Shown: positions 36,582 to 49,928 of the stretch, piece after piece | How the letters are laid out: each line of letters begins with the position of its first letter | Numbering within the stretch: position 1 is the stretch's first letter | From: Eledone cirrhosa | Lineage: Eukaryota | NCBI GenBank assembly: GCA_964016885.1 | Contig: OZ024753.1 | Span: 24,738,001 to 24,802,000 of the forward strand | Direction of reading: 5' to 3' | DNA: 64,000 nt | Position numbers and translations under genes: made by a program | The notes under the pieces: model-generated | What the model was told of the DNA's origin: nothing | The model's input: the letters and a program-made list of their open reading frames with translations, nothing else | Databases searched by the model: none

Positions 36582-39500
36582 TACACATATGTTCGCTACA
36601 CGTACGTCAACCAAAACACAAAGTACACATATACACACACCCTACATACGTATGAACCCGCATACTCACAGACGCAAAACTCATGTATACACATAACCAT
36701 ATGCACATGTAGCAGTATATATAATATAATATATACGCCTATAACATATACAAGCAAATATATGTACGAGAAAGTATACATACCTTCACAAAACAAACAG
36801 GTAATATATACTTACCTATACAAATAAGTAATGGTATAAATATAACATATACTTAGCTACCACATCAAGACGTAAAATATCCGCGTATAGTTCGTAATAT
36901 CCATTAGGGTATAATGTGGGGCTGTAATACAGGAAAGTTTTGTGCAATTTATGTTTACAAGCCGAAATTGCTTCAGATATTTTGTTTAAGATGTGGTCTT
37001 TGGCGTAGATTATTTCCAGGGCTTCAGCGGCGCAGAGGTCACATGGTCTTTTATTTCCGTTATACGATCTAGCCTTAGCTAGGATCTCCCAGTGTAACTG
37101 ATATTAGGTGTGGTTGTCTTTTAGACTCCAGATATAAGCTGAAAGTCACGTCATATTCCTTCTTAAAGGGTTAAGAAAAGAATGGGTATGCATGTAAAGA
37201 TGCTGCTTGAATCTATTGGCGGTTAACCCTATGTAGGCCCTACGGGACGTGGGTGTTTCAACCTTACATTTGTACCAATGTTACTAGAGAGGCATTTCCC
37301 GGATAGGGGGCAGTCAACCCGATTCCTACGATTACAGTTAGTACTAGCTACAGGGTTGCACGTGTTCCTACGGCTAGGTAATTTAACTAAATTTGAAGCT
37401 GTGATGTTATGTGCAAGGTTAGGAGTCGTAGAGTAAGAAATTTTAATGGTATTTCTATTAAAAATTTTACTATATTTATGTGCTGGGGGGAAATGCTTCA
37501 TAATAAGGGAGAGAAATGGTGTGGCCACCTCCATATTATATGGTGGGTTATACCATATAATGCTTCGGAATCTATTTTTCCTAGGTCTATTCTCATACTC
37601 TGTATATGCTACCTTATCGACAAATCCACTCTGAGCAAGAGCTTCATTGTAATATGTGGAATGGTCGGTGAAAATATGCTCGTTTGTAGATAGATGGGAA
37701 AGCCTCAAAAAAACGTTTCTTACCAGGTTCTTGGTTATGCTGGCAGGATGGTTAGAATGCTTACTTGTGTAATTAGGCGTATCATTCGGTTTTCTATACG
37801 GGTAGTGCAAACCATTCGACAAATTGAGGGTAACGACTCTATTTGGATTAAAAAATCTAATAGTACCTCATTTGACGTGAGTATGGGCGCCAGCGATTCT
37901 GCGGAGGTTACTGATCTTATCGACTTTTTCCTTCTTTTCTCTATCAAGGAAGAATTACCCAACGTGGGCAGTGGTTTGTACCGTGATGACAGTCTTTTAA
38001 CCATGACAAAGTGCGGCCCATGTGCTTGCAACAGGTTCAGAAAAGAACTCAAAGCCTTCTTTAAAGGCTTCAACCTCTCCATACAGGTTGAGGCCAACTT
38101 CTCAGTCGTTAATTACATCGATGTTACCTTCAATTTATTGAATGGCTTGCACTACCCGTATAGAAAGCCAAATGATACGCTTAATTACATAAGTAAGCAT
38201 TCTAACCATCCTGCCAGCATAACCAAGAACCTGGTAAGAAACGTTTCTTTGAGGCTTTCCCATCTATCTACTCACGAGCATATTTTCACCGACCATTCCA
38301 CATATTACAATGAAGCTCTTGGTCAGAGTGGATTTGTCGATAAGGTAGCATATACAGAGTATGAGAATAGACCTAGGAAAGATAGATCCCGACGCATTAT
38401 ATGGTATAACCCACCATATAATATGGAGGTGGCCACACCATTAGCTAAGATCTTTGTCTCCCTTATTATGAAGCATTTCCCCCAGCACATAAATATAGTA
38501 AAATTTTTAATAGAAATACCATTAAAATTTCTTACTCTACGACTCCTAACCTTGCACATAACATCACAGCTTCAAATTTAGTTAAATTACCTAGCCGTAG
38601 GAACACGTGCAGCCCTGTAGTTAGTACTAACTGTAATTGTAGGAATCGGGTTGACTGCCCCCTATCCGGGAAATGCCTCTCTAGTAACATTGGTACAAAT
38701 GTAAGGTTGAAACACCCACGTCCCGTAGGGCCTACATAGGGTTAACCGCCAATAGATTCAAGCAGCGTCTTTACATGCATACCCATTCTTTTCTTAACCT
38801 TTTAAGAATATGACGTCACTTTCAGCTTATATCTGAAGTCTAAAAGACAACCACACTCAATTTAAGTTACACTGGGAGATCCTAGCTAAGGTTAGATCGT
38901 ATAACGGACCATGTGACCTCTGCGCCGCTGAAGTCCTGAAAATAATCTACGCCAAAGACCACATCTTAAACAAAAAATCTGAGGCAATTTCGGCTTGTAA
39001 ACATAAATTGCACAAAACTTTCCTGTATTACAGCCCCACATTATACCCTAACGGATAGTAAGAACTATACGCGGATATTTTACGTCTTGATGTGGTAGCT
39101 AAGTATATGTTATATTTATACCATTACTTATTTGTATAGGTAAGTATATATTACCTGTATGTTTTGTGAAGGTACGTATACTTTCTCGTACGTATATTTG
39201 CTTGTATATGTTATAGGCGTATATATTATATTATATATACTGGTACATGTGCATATGGTTATGTGTATACGTGAGTTTTGCGTCTGTGTGAGTATGCAGG
39301 TACGTACGTATGTAGGTGTGTGTATATGTGTACTTTGTGTTTTGGTTGACGTACGTTTAGCTAACATATGTGTATTTACATGTAGGTATGTGTGTGTGTG
39401 CGCGTTATATACGTATTTATGTGTGTATATTTATATACATTTATATAATTATATGTATACATGCACACACACACACATATATATATATATATTTTTTTTT

Positions 39501-40178
39501 TAATATATATTTTTATGTGTATTTGGTGTATACGTTCGTATGTGTGCGGGTACAGGCATTGCGTGGGTTCTGTATGTGTGTGCGTGTTTTTTTGTGTACT
39601 TGCTTGTATTTGCAAACCCATGGCGGGTGTTTTCGCGTATGCATGTGTGTGTACGTATATGGATGCGTGAATGTATATATTTAATTATTATTGATTTCAA
39701 TTACCTCTGTAATTTATTTACATTATTCTTAACTCTGAAGCCGAGAATCATTCGGTTTCCTAAATTAGAATTTTAGTCTACGACTTCAGTTATACCATAA
39801 ACGTGGTTTTATCTTTGCGTGTAATTGTTCTCATTGCTCCAAATAACGACGTATTATCTTCGTTTTTTCCGTTCATTGCCAGAGAACATCTCCACGAACC
39901 ACCTAGTAGAATATTAGTCTACGACTTCATTTATACCATAAACGTGGTTTTGTCACTGCTCCAAATAATGACATATTATCTTTGTTTTTTTCCGTTCTTT
40001 GCCAGGTAAAATTTCCACAAACGAAAGTATCGTCTTCCTGTCTTCTTTCGGTTGCAACGTTTTTGAAATATTTACTTCTGCATTCACAGATTGATTTTTT
40101 TAGTTTCAGAAGATCCCGTTAAGGGTGAAAGCAGCGATTCTTTGCTTAAACTTTAGTCTGTTATTTTAATAAATATAT
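36582..40178 (+). mobile_element. 5'-truncated PLE with ~1.25-kb inverted duplication (36582-37828 / 38130-39374)
   Basis: FDVSMGASDSAE, GLYRDD, WYNPPYN, CNCRNRVDCPLSGKC, AYIGLTANRFKQR. The left arm is the reverse complement of the right arm. The tail has a decayed hammerhead-like cagaaga tccc gttaa gggt gaaa (40107-40130). Confidence 0.9.
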
Positions 40179-40248
40179 ATGTATATATATATTTCGTTTC
40201 TGAATTTGTTTAGCAAGATTCTTTATCTGAAAACGTGTGTTGAAACCG

Positions 40249-40757
40249 ATATTGTTATACTTTGGGAGGGTCATGTTGCCAATAAGAAACACACGCACCA
40301 GTTGCTTTCACTTCAATTTATTATAATAAATTTATAAATTTAGGAATTTATAAATTTCCGGTTGGTTGGTTGGTTCCACAACCAGATGATTGTTCATATA
40401 TTGTCAAAGTTCTTTCGTCACACATTCTGTGACCTCTTCAGTGACTGGCGATTCTTTTCTTTGTTTTTGTGCCTCTCCTTTGTTCTGTCCTCGCCATCTT
40501 GTTTTTCAAAACAAGATGGCGTAGGACAGAACAAAGGAGAGGCACAAAAACAAAGAAAAGAATCCCCAGTCACTGAAGAGGTCACCGAATGTGTGACGAA
40601 AGAACTTTGACAATACATGAACAATCATCTGGTTGTGGAACCAACCAACCAACCGGAAATTTATAAATTCCTAAATTTATAAATTTATTATAATAAATTG
40701 AAGTGAAAGCAATTGGTGCGTGTGTTTCTTATTGGCAACATGACCCTCCCAAAGTAT

Positions 40758-40764
<7 letters not shown>
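40249..40764. repeat. 516-bp near-perfect palindrome with 2-nt centre
   Basis: Centre cgccatcttgtttt-tc-aaaacaagatggcg (40506-40507). Followed by (TA)n 40762-40888. Confidence 0.92.
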
Positions 40765-40854
<90 letters not shown>

Positions 40855-41754
40855 TATATGTATATGTATATATATATGTATATATATACACACTGGGATA
40901 AGATATAGCAATAAATTTTGTATATATATATCATAGATAACATTCCATATAACCTACATAGTACCAGTTGGTGAGGGATTTAGGGATCAAACTAAAAGGA
41001 GACACCAATATCTTAAAGGTTCAACATGAGATTGCCTGCTTTATTAGCCAAAGCCAATTAGTATAATTACAAATTTGGCTTAACCATTATTTTCTAAAAT
41101 TCAAGAATAAAGCAAATATATTAATTAGACCAATTATAAAAGCATTAGATGTTTATCTAAAGCAATAAAAATGAAATTGGTTTACAGCAAATCAATACTG
41201 TAACAGATTATAAGCTGAATGCTTTTGTGTTGCATTTTGTCTGTGGCAAGCTATTAAGTCGCTGCAAAACAAATTTCCTGACCATACTGCCATGCCTATG
41301 TATTAGGGAACCAGTGGGCCCACATCACATGTGGCTATAAATAGTGCCATTTTGAATTTGTGCAGTTGGAAAATATCATCATCATGACTATGATCATCAT
41401 CAACATTTAACCCTTTCATGACAAATGTCTAATTAAATACACTCTACTTCAATTAATTTATGAAGAATATTGAAGGGTTTATTAAAATTATTAATTTTGT
41501 CATTAAACATAGTAACTTAATATAAGGTTCTTATATAAAATTATGTTGGAAAATTTTAATATAAATTCTAAACCTTTAAAATAGGTGACTTTATTTCATA
41601 GAACCTGAGCTGGGCCTAATGTCTGTTTCTTATGTTTGCATGGGTCAAATGGGCTGTTATCTTATGAAGCTAGACACAGCAGGTAACCACATCATCCTCA
41701 TACACCAGATTTGGGACTTTGTATTCTACACCTGGATGCACTTCTAATGTCAAC

Positions 41755-42245
41755 CACTTTACATCCTGTACTGGGTGCTTTATTTCATGGCACCAACACT
41801 ACCAACATACAGGGTGGACTGGGTGCTTTATTTCATGGTACCAAAAATACCACCTTACAGAGTGGACTGGGTGCTTTATTTCATGGCACCAACACTACCA
41901 CCTTACAGAGTGGACTGGGTGCTTTATTTCATGGCACCAACACTACCAACATACAGGGTGGACTGGGTGCTTTATTTCATAGTACCAACACTACCACCTT
42001 ACTGGGTGGACTGGGTGCTTTATTTCATGGCACCAACACTTCGAACATACAGGGTGGACTGGGTGCTTTATTTCATGGTACCAACACTATCACCTTACAG
42101 AGTGGACTGGGTGCTTTATTTCATGGTACCAAAAATACAACCTTACAGAGTGGACTGGGTGCTTTATTTCATGGCACCAACACTACCACCTTACAGAGTG
42201 GACTGGGTGCTTTATTTCATGGCACCAACACTACCAACATACAGG
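41755..42245 (-). repeat. 48-bp minisatellite (~10 units), third variant
   Basis: gtggactgggtgctttatttcatggcaccaacactaccaccttacaga, period 48. Abuts an RTE-A 3'UTR. Confidence 0.9.
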
Positions 42246-43160
42246 AACTGATTCTCGCTTGATTTCTACAGCTGGATGCCCTTCCTAACACCAACCTCAT
42301 TTACAGTGAATACTGGGTGCTTATTTCCGTGGCGCCTACATGTCCACTTTACAGTGTGGGCTGGGTGCTTTTTTTGCCATGGCACCTCCATGACCACTTT
42401 GCAGTGGGAGGCGTGGGGACATGCTGTCTATATGCTTCAGCTTCAGCTTGTACCCATGGGGGGGTCGGGTCTTCTGTATTACTGCGTGTCTCCAGAGGTC
42501 ATGGTCGTGTGTCATCGCCTTTGAGAGGTGGAATTGGATAGGTTCGGCTTTTATCACCTCATCCCAGGTCTTCTTGGGTCTCCCCACTTCGCGGTTTCCA
42601 TCGGCTTCTAGTGCTCTGCACCTTTTTATGCAGCTGTCATCCTTCATACGCATCACATGTCCATACCAATGCAACCGCCTCTCCTGCACACAGCATTTGA
42701 TTCCTCTTATGCTCAGTCTCTCTCTCAATTCATTTATGCTTTGCCGTTCGCGTATATTACTATTACACATCCATTGGAGAATGCAGGCTTCGTTTCTTTC
42801 TAATCTATGCAAGTCTTCCACAGACAGCGCCCAGGTCTCACTAACATGTAACATTGCTGTTCGTATACACGCATTATACAGTCTGCCTTTCATTTTGAGA
42901 GAAAAGCCTTTTGCAGCTAGCAGTGGGAGTAGCTCCCTGAACTTTTTCCATCCCATTCTTTCCCTAGTTATTGTACTTTCCGAACACCCACCTCCGCAGC
43001 TAATTCAGTCACCTAGGTAGCAGAAGCTGTCTACTGTTTCTATAGAGCTCTCCCAGAGTTTGGTGGTACTTGTTTCCTGTGGCTGTTTGCTGCTTGCTGT
43101 CCCAGCACAGCTGCTACATGTGAAGCCTATATTCTTAGTTAAGCTTCCTGAGATCCCGCT
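42240..43160 (-). mobile_element. RTE family A 3' fragment
   Basis: ORF 42336-42956 reads GWKKFRELLPLL...RRLHWYGHVMRM. The 3'UTR matches 60960-61130. Confidence 0.92.
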
Positions 43161-43180
43161 ATATATATATATATATATCT

Positions 43181-44008
43181 CTAGGACGGATAAAATTCCC
43201 GAGATCCATGGACGAGTTCTCTCCAGCGGTCTCTGTCCCTCATTATCGCTGCCATGTCCTGCGTCTCCAACAGACCAGTGTCTGTCCTTAGGGCATCAAC
43301 ATACGTTAACCTTGGTCTTCCTCTTCCAGTGTGTCCATGTAGGGGCTCCCACAGGAGCACTGAGTGCAATGTCAACTCTGGATGTCGGTGGGCATGTCCA
43401 GCTAACCTCAGTCTCCTCTGTGTCACTTTTGAGCTGACTTTTGGGAGGCTCCCATACAGCTCTGAGTTTTTCATCCTCAGTGTATACTGATTAATGTTCA
43501 GAGCCATCCTCAGCATTCTCGTGTAGCACCCATCCACCATCTGAGTGAGTTTCTTGGTCAGTGTCCAAGTCTCAGACCCGTACAGCAGCACAGACTCCAC
43601 TACAGCAATGAAGAGGCGGATGTTCAGGTCTTTATGAAGGTCCGACTTCCACACCGATCTCAAGCTGGCTTTACTGTAGCACCGGCTCAGAGCAGGAGAG
43701 TTAAGGCGAAAAAGGTATCAGATGCTGAATTTGCCAATGACATAGTTTTGGTGACAAATACAGTGAAGGAGGCAGAGGATTTGATGCAGGAGGTTGAGAC
43801 TGTGCCGATGAGTGTGGGGCTGAGAATGAATGAGACTAAAACAAAATATCTGGTAGAGAATGTTGAGAAGCCAGAGGGGATCACTAATGTAGGCGGGAAG
43901 CCGCTAGAATTGGTTGAGGACTTCCTGTATTTGGGCGCAAAGATTGGGAATAAGGAAGATGATGTGGTTGAGAGGAAAAGCAAAGCCTGGGCGGCGTGCC
44001 ACAGCTTG

Positions 44009-44009
<1 letters not shown>
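43181..44009. mobile_element. Third RTE-group LINE fragment with 5' inversion
   Basis: Plus strand 43667-44009 encodes EFANDIVL...VEDFLYLGA...KAWAACHSL. Minus strand 43666-43181 continues RSVWKSDL...VESVLLYGSETW. (TA)n on both sides. Confidence 0.88.
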
Positions 44010-44064
<55 letters not shown>

Positions 44065-44579
44065 ACATGCACTCAGAGATAGTGCAAGAGATTAGACAAG
44101 ATAGAAAATATGCTAAAAATAAAGTATGAGAAAGATAGAAAAACATGTATTTGAGAGAGAATGTATATATTTGAAACAAGAAACTACAATATATGCCATA
44201 ATTTCTGTCAACTAAATTTTCTAGAATGTATAAGATTGTCCTCTTTTTTGTTCATCCTTTCATGTAAGATACGATTTCCCCTTTAATCCAAAGCTTTTTC
44301 TTAATATTTAAAGTACTTACAATTGATTCATGTTATTGATTGAATGCCTACAATTGATTCATTTAAATAATATTAATGGAAAAGTGGATATGATGATGAA
44401 GATGATGGTGGTGGTGGTGGTGATGATGATGATGATGTATCTTTTCATAACTAATTTTCTTCTCTTTGTAACATTCTGTCTTCTTGAGGCATGTTTTCAT
44501 TAAAGGGTAAACAGATTAAACTGTCATATACTATATATACAGTCACACTATATTATATAGTCACAATTTGTTTCCCATT

Positions 44580-44613
<34 letters not shown>

Positions 44614-45189
44614 AGGGGGGGAAAAAAAAAATTATGAGATCAATAGAGATATGTACATTTATATCTAAATATTGTTATTATCATTTACAGATGTCCCTCT
44701 GTGTTTAATGTAAAAACATGTTCATTAGTATATGTGTTGTTATTTCGGTTTACATTTTACATACATATATATATCAATGCTCAAAATTCGTTGGATTTTC
44801 TAATTGGATTTTCACCCAGAAACTGGATACCAACCCTGAGTACACCTGAACTTCCACCAGGAAATCTTTCGTATCATTGAAATTTTCTTTGCTTCTTATA
44901 TATATATACTTGTCCGCCATTGCAAAAGGTCATATATTCAAAATTTTGAAGAGAGAGGAAAAGAGACAAGTGAACTATGAACTTGTACATCTCACTGACC
45001 CCCACCACCACAATAACAATAACGGCTACACTCGCTCCCCACCATCACTACATTACTCATTACTCTATCTAAGGTGGCTGACCTGTTGACATACTGCTAA
45101 CTCTTTTGATGTATGTATGTGTATATACATATATATATGTGTGTGTATGTGTGTGTGTATATGTATATCTCAGTGGATGCGAGCAGATT

Positions 45190-45565
45190 TCAACACAGCA
45201 ACAACTACAACAACAACAGCAGCGACACCAACAACAACAACGGCAACAACACCATTGTCTATGTTGAATGAATGTGTATGTATTTATATATATGCGACTA
45301 CAATAACAGCATCAACACCATTGTCTGCAGCAACAGCAGCAGTGAAATGAAGAACAACAACAAAAGCAACAACACCATTGTCTGTGTTGAATGAATGTGT
45401 ATGTATGTATTTATATATATGCGACTACAATAACAGCATCAACACCATTGTCTGCAGCATCAGTGAAATGAAGAACAACAACAACGGCAGCAACAACAAC
45501 AACAGCAACAGCAGCAGCAACTACAATAACAACTACAGCAACAACAACTGCCACCACCATCACTG
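45190..45565. repeat. (CAA)-rich low-complexity tract with ~125-bp tandem duplication
   Basis: caacaccattgtct.tgttgaatgaatgtgtatg...gcgactacaataacagcatc occurs at ~45247 and ~45370. Confidence 0.75.
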
Positions 45566-46039
45566 ACCATCCACCACCACCATTACCAGCGTAAAGCAAA
45601 CAATTATTATTATTATTATATAAAAACTGAACTGGACTGGGAAAAGTCAACAGTTGACATGATTTTGATTTTGTATTTGTATCAGTACTGCCGGTAATAT
45701 ATATATATATATGTGTGTTTGTGAGTGGTGTGTTTGTATTCATGAATGAGTGTTGGTATGTGAGTGGCATGTGTGTGTTTGTGGTTTGTATGTATGAGTG
45801 TTGGTGTGTGAGTGTGTGTGTGTGCGTCGTGTCAATAAGTTTTTTTTTTGTTTTTTTTAATGACCATGCTGTAAAATGGAGGGATAGAGAGGGCCCTTGA
45901 GTCTAGTAAGACATCGTCTCTAGTGCTGGTGGCGCAAATAAAAGCACCCAGTCCATGCTGTAAAGTGGCACTGGTGTTAGAAAGGGCATCCAACCAGTGT
46001 ATCAATACCAAAACGCTTATCAGCACAGCAACAAATAGG

Positions 46040-49000
46040 AACAACAACAAAATATGAAGACGTCGCATCTCAGAGTTGCAACACTTAATGTTGGCACTCT
46101 CAGAGGTAGATCTGCTGAAATAGCGGAGATGCTGGAGAGAAGGCAGGTGGATGTGTGCTGCGTGCAAGAGGTGAGATGGAGAGGTGCCTCAGCAAGACTA
46201 ATCGCAGGCAAACATCTTAGCTATAAGCTTTTCTGGGTAGGTAAGGATGATGGGTTAGGGGGAGTACGCATTTTCCTGGCTGAGAAATGGATCAATAAGA
46301 CAATAGAGGTAGTTTGAGTTAGTAATCAAATAATTAAGCTTAGATTAGTTGTAGGCAGGAGACTACTGACAATCATCTCGGCCTATGCTCCCCAAGCAAG
46401 CCTAGGCAAAGATGAGAAAGACTGCTTTTACGAGCAACTTTTACAAACAACCGCAATGACAGAAGACGGAGACATCGTTATGCTAGCAGGAGACTTCAAT
46501 GGTCATGTTGGACAGCTCCAGGATCGTTACACTGGGGTACATGGTGGGCACGGTTATGGCTCAAGAAATGAAGAAGGAGTGAGACTTCTTGAATTTTGTG
46601 ATGCAGGTACATTGACTATTTGCAACACAAACTTCCAGAAACCTGCTAATCACCTAATAACCTACAAATCAGGCGAGCACATAAGCCAGATTGACTTCCT
46701 GCTAGTTAGGCAGCGGGACAGGCAGATAGTATCTAATACCAAGGCATACCCTGGGGAACAATGTACCACACAGCATAGGTTAGTTGTTAGTGATATCTCA
46801 GTAAGCAAGAGATGGAATGAGACATATAGGAAGGTGTGGAGAAGAAAGGACTGGAAGCTAAAAGACCTTTCACTAAAATACAAATTTAGGAAAGCCCTTC
46901 AAGATGTATATGACGAAAAAGAAGACGATTTAGAGACGTATGACAGATAATAACTGGAATTTCTTACGTGACAACTTGCTGCAGGCTACTGATGAAACTT
47001 GTGGCTGGAGCAGAGCTCCAACCAGACAGAGAGTGACCTGGTGGTGGAACAGCACAGTAGATAAGGCCATTAGAGACAAAAGACTAGCATGGAAGGCTTG
47101 GAAAAAGGGTGGGAGTAGGGAAGAATATACAGCCACTAAGAGAGAAGCTAGACGTCAGGTGTACTTAGCACGCAGGGAGGCAGAGAGTAGGAGGTTTGCC
47201 AATGTTCTGCGACGGGAAGATCAGAGGTGTGCGGTGTTCCACATTGCAAGGCAGTGTGTCAATGCATTCAGGATGTTGTTGGAGATAAATGTGTCCGGGA
47301 TGATGCCGGTGTACTTAGTGTCACGAATGATCAGAAAAAGGAGGCCTGGAAATGTCATTATGAGAGACTGATGAATGTGGAGAACGAATGGGAGAGAGAG
47401 AAATTACCCTTGGTAGATCCGACAGAAGGACCAGCTATTGAGATTGACAAATATAGAGTCCAAGAGGCGATTAGGGAAATGAAAAATGGTAAGGCTGCTG
47501 GACTATCGGGAATAGTTGCTGAGATGCTGAAGGCATCAGGGGACGTAGGCACTAAACTGGTTGCACGCATCATCAATCAGGCTATATATGGTGGTGTCAT
47601 ACTGGTGCAGCAGTATTCTCATAAATTGCTACAAAGGTAAAGGGGATGCTCTGGAGAGGAGCAATTATAGGGGTATAAAACTGATAGATCAGGTTATGAA
47701 AGTGGCAGAAAGGATATTAGCACAACTAATTAGAGAAAGGGTCAAACTAGATGAGATGCAGTTTGGTTTTGTGCCTGGGAAGAGTACAGCAGATGCCCTC
47801 TTCTTGGTGAGACAATTGCAAGAGAGGTTCTTAGAGAAAAATAAGCCACTATACTTAGCCTTTGTTGACCTAGAGAAGGTCTTTGATAGGGTACCCCGAT
47901 CTGTCATCTGGTGGTCCCTAAGGAAGCTAGGTGTTGAGGAATGGCTTGTGAGGACAGTGCAAAATTTGTACAGAGGTACTCTCAGTAAAGTCAGGGTAGG
48001 AATGGAGTTTAGTGAGGAATTCCAGATACAAGTAGGAGTACATCAGGGTTCCGTCCTCAGCCCACTTTTGTTCATTATAGTCCTCCAAGCCATAACAGAG
48101 GAGTTTAAGACTGGCTGTCCATGGGAAATTCTCTATGCTGACGATCTGGTTCTTATAGCAGAATCAGTAGAGGAGCTAGAGAATAAATTCTGGCTATGGA
48201 AACAGCAGTTGGAAACAAGAGGACTGAGAGTGAACCTAGCTAAGACAAAAGTGTTGATGAGTAGAAAAGAGGACAAAACCCTGATTCCGTCAGGGAAATG
48301 GCCATGTTCGATATGTAGAAAAGGAACTGGCATAAATTCTATAAAATGCACACAATGCAGATCCTGGGTACACAAGAGATGTAGCGGGATAGCAGGCAAA
48401 CTAACAGGTAGGGAGAAATATGTATGCAGTAGATGTACAGTGAAATTAGACAGTAGAAGTCGCATTGAAAAACACATTTTTCAAATGCAGGAGGGCGCTA
48501 TAGAAGTGGTGGATAGCTTCCGATACCTAGGAGATCAGATTAGCATGGGAGGAGGGTGTTCCGAGGCCATAGTATCTAGAATAAGGATGGGTTGGAAGAA
48601 GTTTAGGGAGCTGCTTCCTCTGTTGACGAAGAAGGGGTTCTCCCTGCGTACGAAAGGCCGGTTGTATGATGCCTGTATGAGGAGCGCGATGCTGCATGGT
48701 AGTGAGACATGGGCAGCAACTGCAGAGGATATGCGACGGCTGGAGAGAAATGAGGCAAGCATGCTCCATTGGATGTGCAGTGTAAATGTGCGTGAACGAC
48801 CCAGCATAAATGTGTTGAGAGAGAAACTGTGTCTGAGAGGGATAGAATGTAGTGTACGGGAGAGGAGACTGAGGTGGTATGGACATGTGATGCGCATGGA
48901 GGATGACCGATGGGTGAAGAAGTGCCAGGAAATGCCAGTTGAAGGAAGACGTGGTAGAGGTAGACCACGAAAAACATGAGCGGAGGTGGTGAGAACAGAC

Positions 49001-49141
49001 CTCAGGTCATTGAAGCTCACGGTGGAGATGACGAAGGACCGTGACAAGTGGAGAGATGCTGTGCTGAATAGGACCCATCCCACCCTTGCAAGCAGGGAAA
49101 AGCGGACGTAAAATGATGATGATGATGATGATGATGATGAT
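46040..49141 (+). mobile_element. Near-full-length RTE LINE family B (APE, RT, Cys-rich finger), with several stops and frameshifts
   Basis: LRVATLNVGTL, VCCVQEVRW, AGDFNGHVG, QHRLVV, AFVDLEKVFDRVP, ILYADDLV, FRYLGD, GRRGRGRPRKT; (GAT)n tail. Confidence 0.95.
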
Positions 49142-49912
49142 AAATCAGGAACGAAGAGTGACATGGTTTGCTATACAAAAAAGGTTTTTAATCTCATTGC
49201 TGACAATTGTTTCTCTGAACTGGTAGGTCTAGAGAACGCTACCCGCTTGTTTTCACGTTATTCGATCACCAATACAAAGTTATAACCAGTCTTCTTACGG
49301 CCACCAGACCTACATTGTTTAAAGCCACCAGCTTATCTTTTCACTATATATAATACACCCCATGACAGCTTTTACATGTCAATTTTATACATCTGCCTCA
49401 TATCAGCTAGTTTTACACGCTAAAATCGTAGATATACTATATTTCCCACCTAGATTGATGTTGTGATTATTTCAAATAATTTATTGTTAGCATTGTTAGT
49501 ATTGTTATTATTGTTCTGATTGAATGTCATTACTACTATATATAGTAGCCATGCCTGTATATTCCTTTCATTCTCACAAGCTCCGATGAATTGACTGGTT
49601 ATAACTTTGTATTGGTGATCGAATAATGTGAAAACAAGCGGGTAGCGATCTCTAGACCTACCAGTTCAGAGAAACAATTGTCAGCAATGAGATTAAAAAC
49701 CTTTTTTGTATAGCAAACCGTGTCACTCTTCTTTCCTGATTTATCATTACTCCAAGTGTTTACAATATAGGAATTACAGTGTACTCGCAACATCACTATG
49801 GAAACACCTTGTTGAGTCAAACTTAGCCAAGCGTTGATATCATCCACTACCTGGAGTACCATAACTGGACTACACTTAAATGGACTACCTATAACAGTAA
49901 TCTGTTACGACG
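49138..49912 (+). mobile_element. Non-coding PLE-like terminal element with inverted duplication (49138-49290 / 49593-49747)
   Basis: Arms are reverse complements and the element contains a hammerhead motif. Its 3' end 49785-49912 recurs inverted at 55300-55430 and 59220-59351. Confidence 0.7.
49573..49691 (+). ncRNA. Type I hammerhead-like ribozyme with ~80-nt stem II domain
   Basis: ctca caa GCT CCGATGA attgactgg...ccagttcaga GAAAC aatt GTC AGC aa tgag. Palindromic stem III ACAATTGT; GUC site at 49680-49682. Confidence 0.6.
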
Positions 49913-49928
49913 TATATATATATATGAA

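Noticed and set aside
40222-40252. ctgaaaacgtgtgttgaaaccgata (also at 12221) and ctgatcagtggcgaatcgcacgtc (7290) as hammerheads
   Set aside because: Core mismatches and no convincing stem I.
41407-41655. TTAA-CCCTTTC start suggesting a piggyBac-like MITE
   Set aside because: No convincing matching right terminus.
44820-44880. Possible plus-strand terminal exon (ttttcacccag|...NWIPTLSTPELPPGNLSYH*)
   Set aside because: Too short, no partner exon, no recognisable motif.
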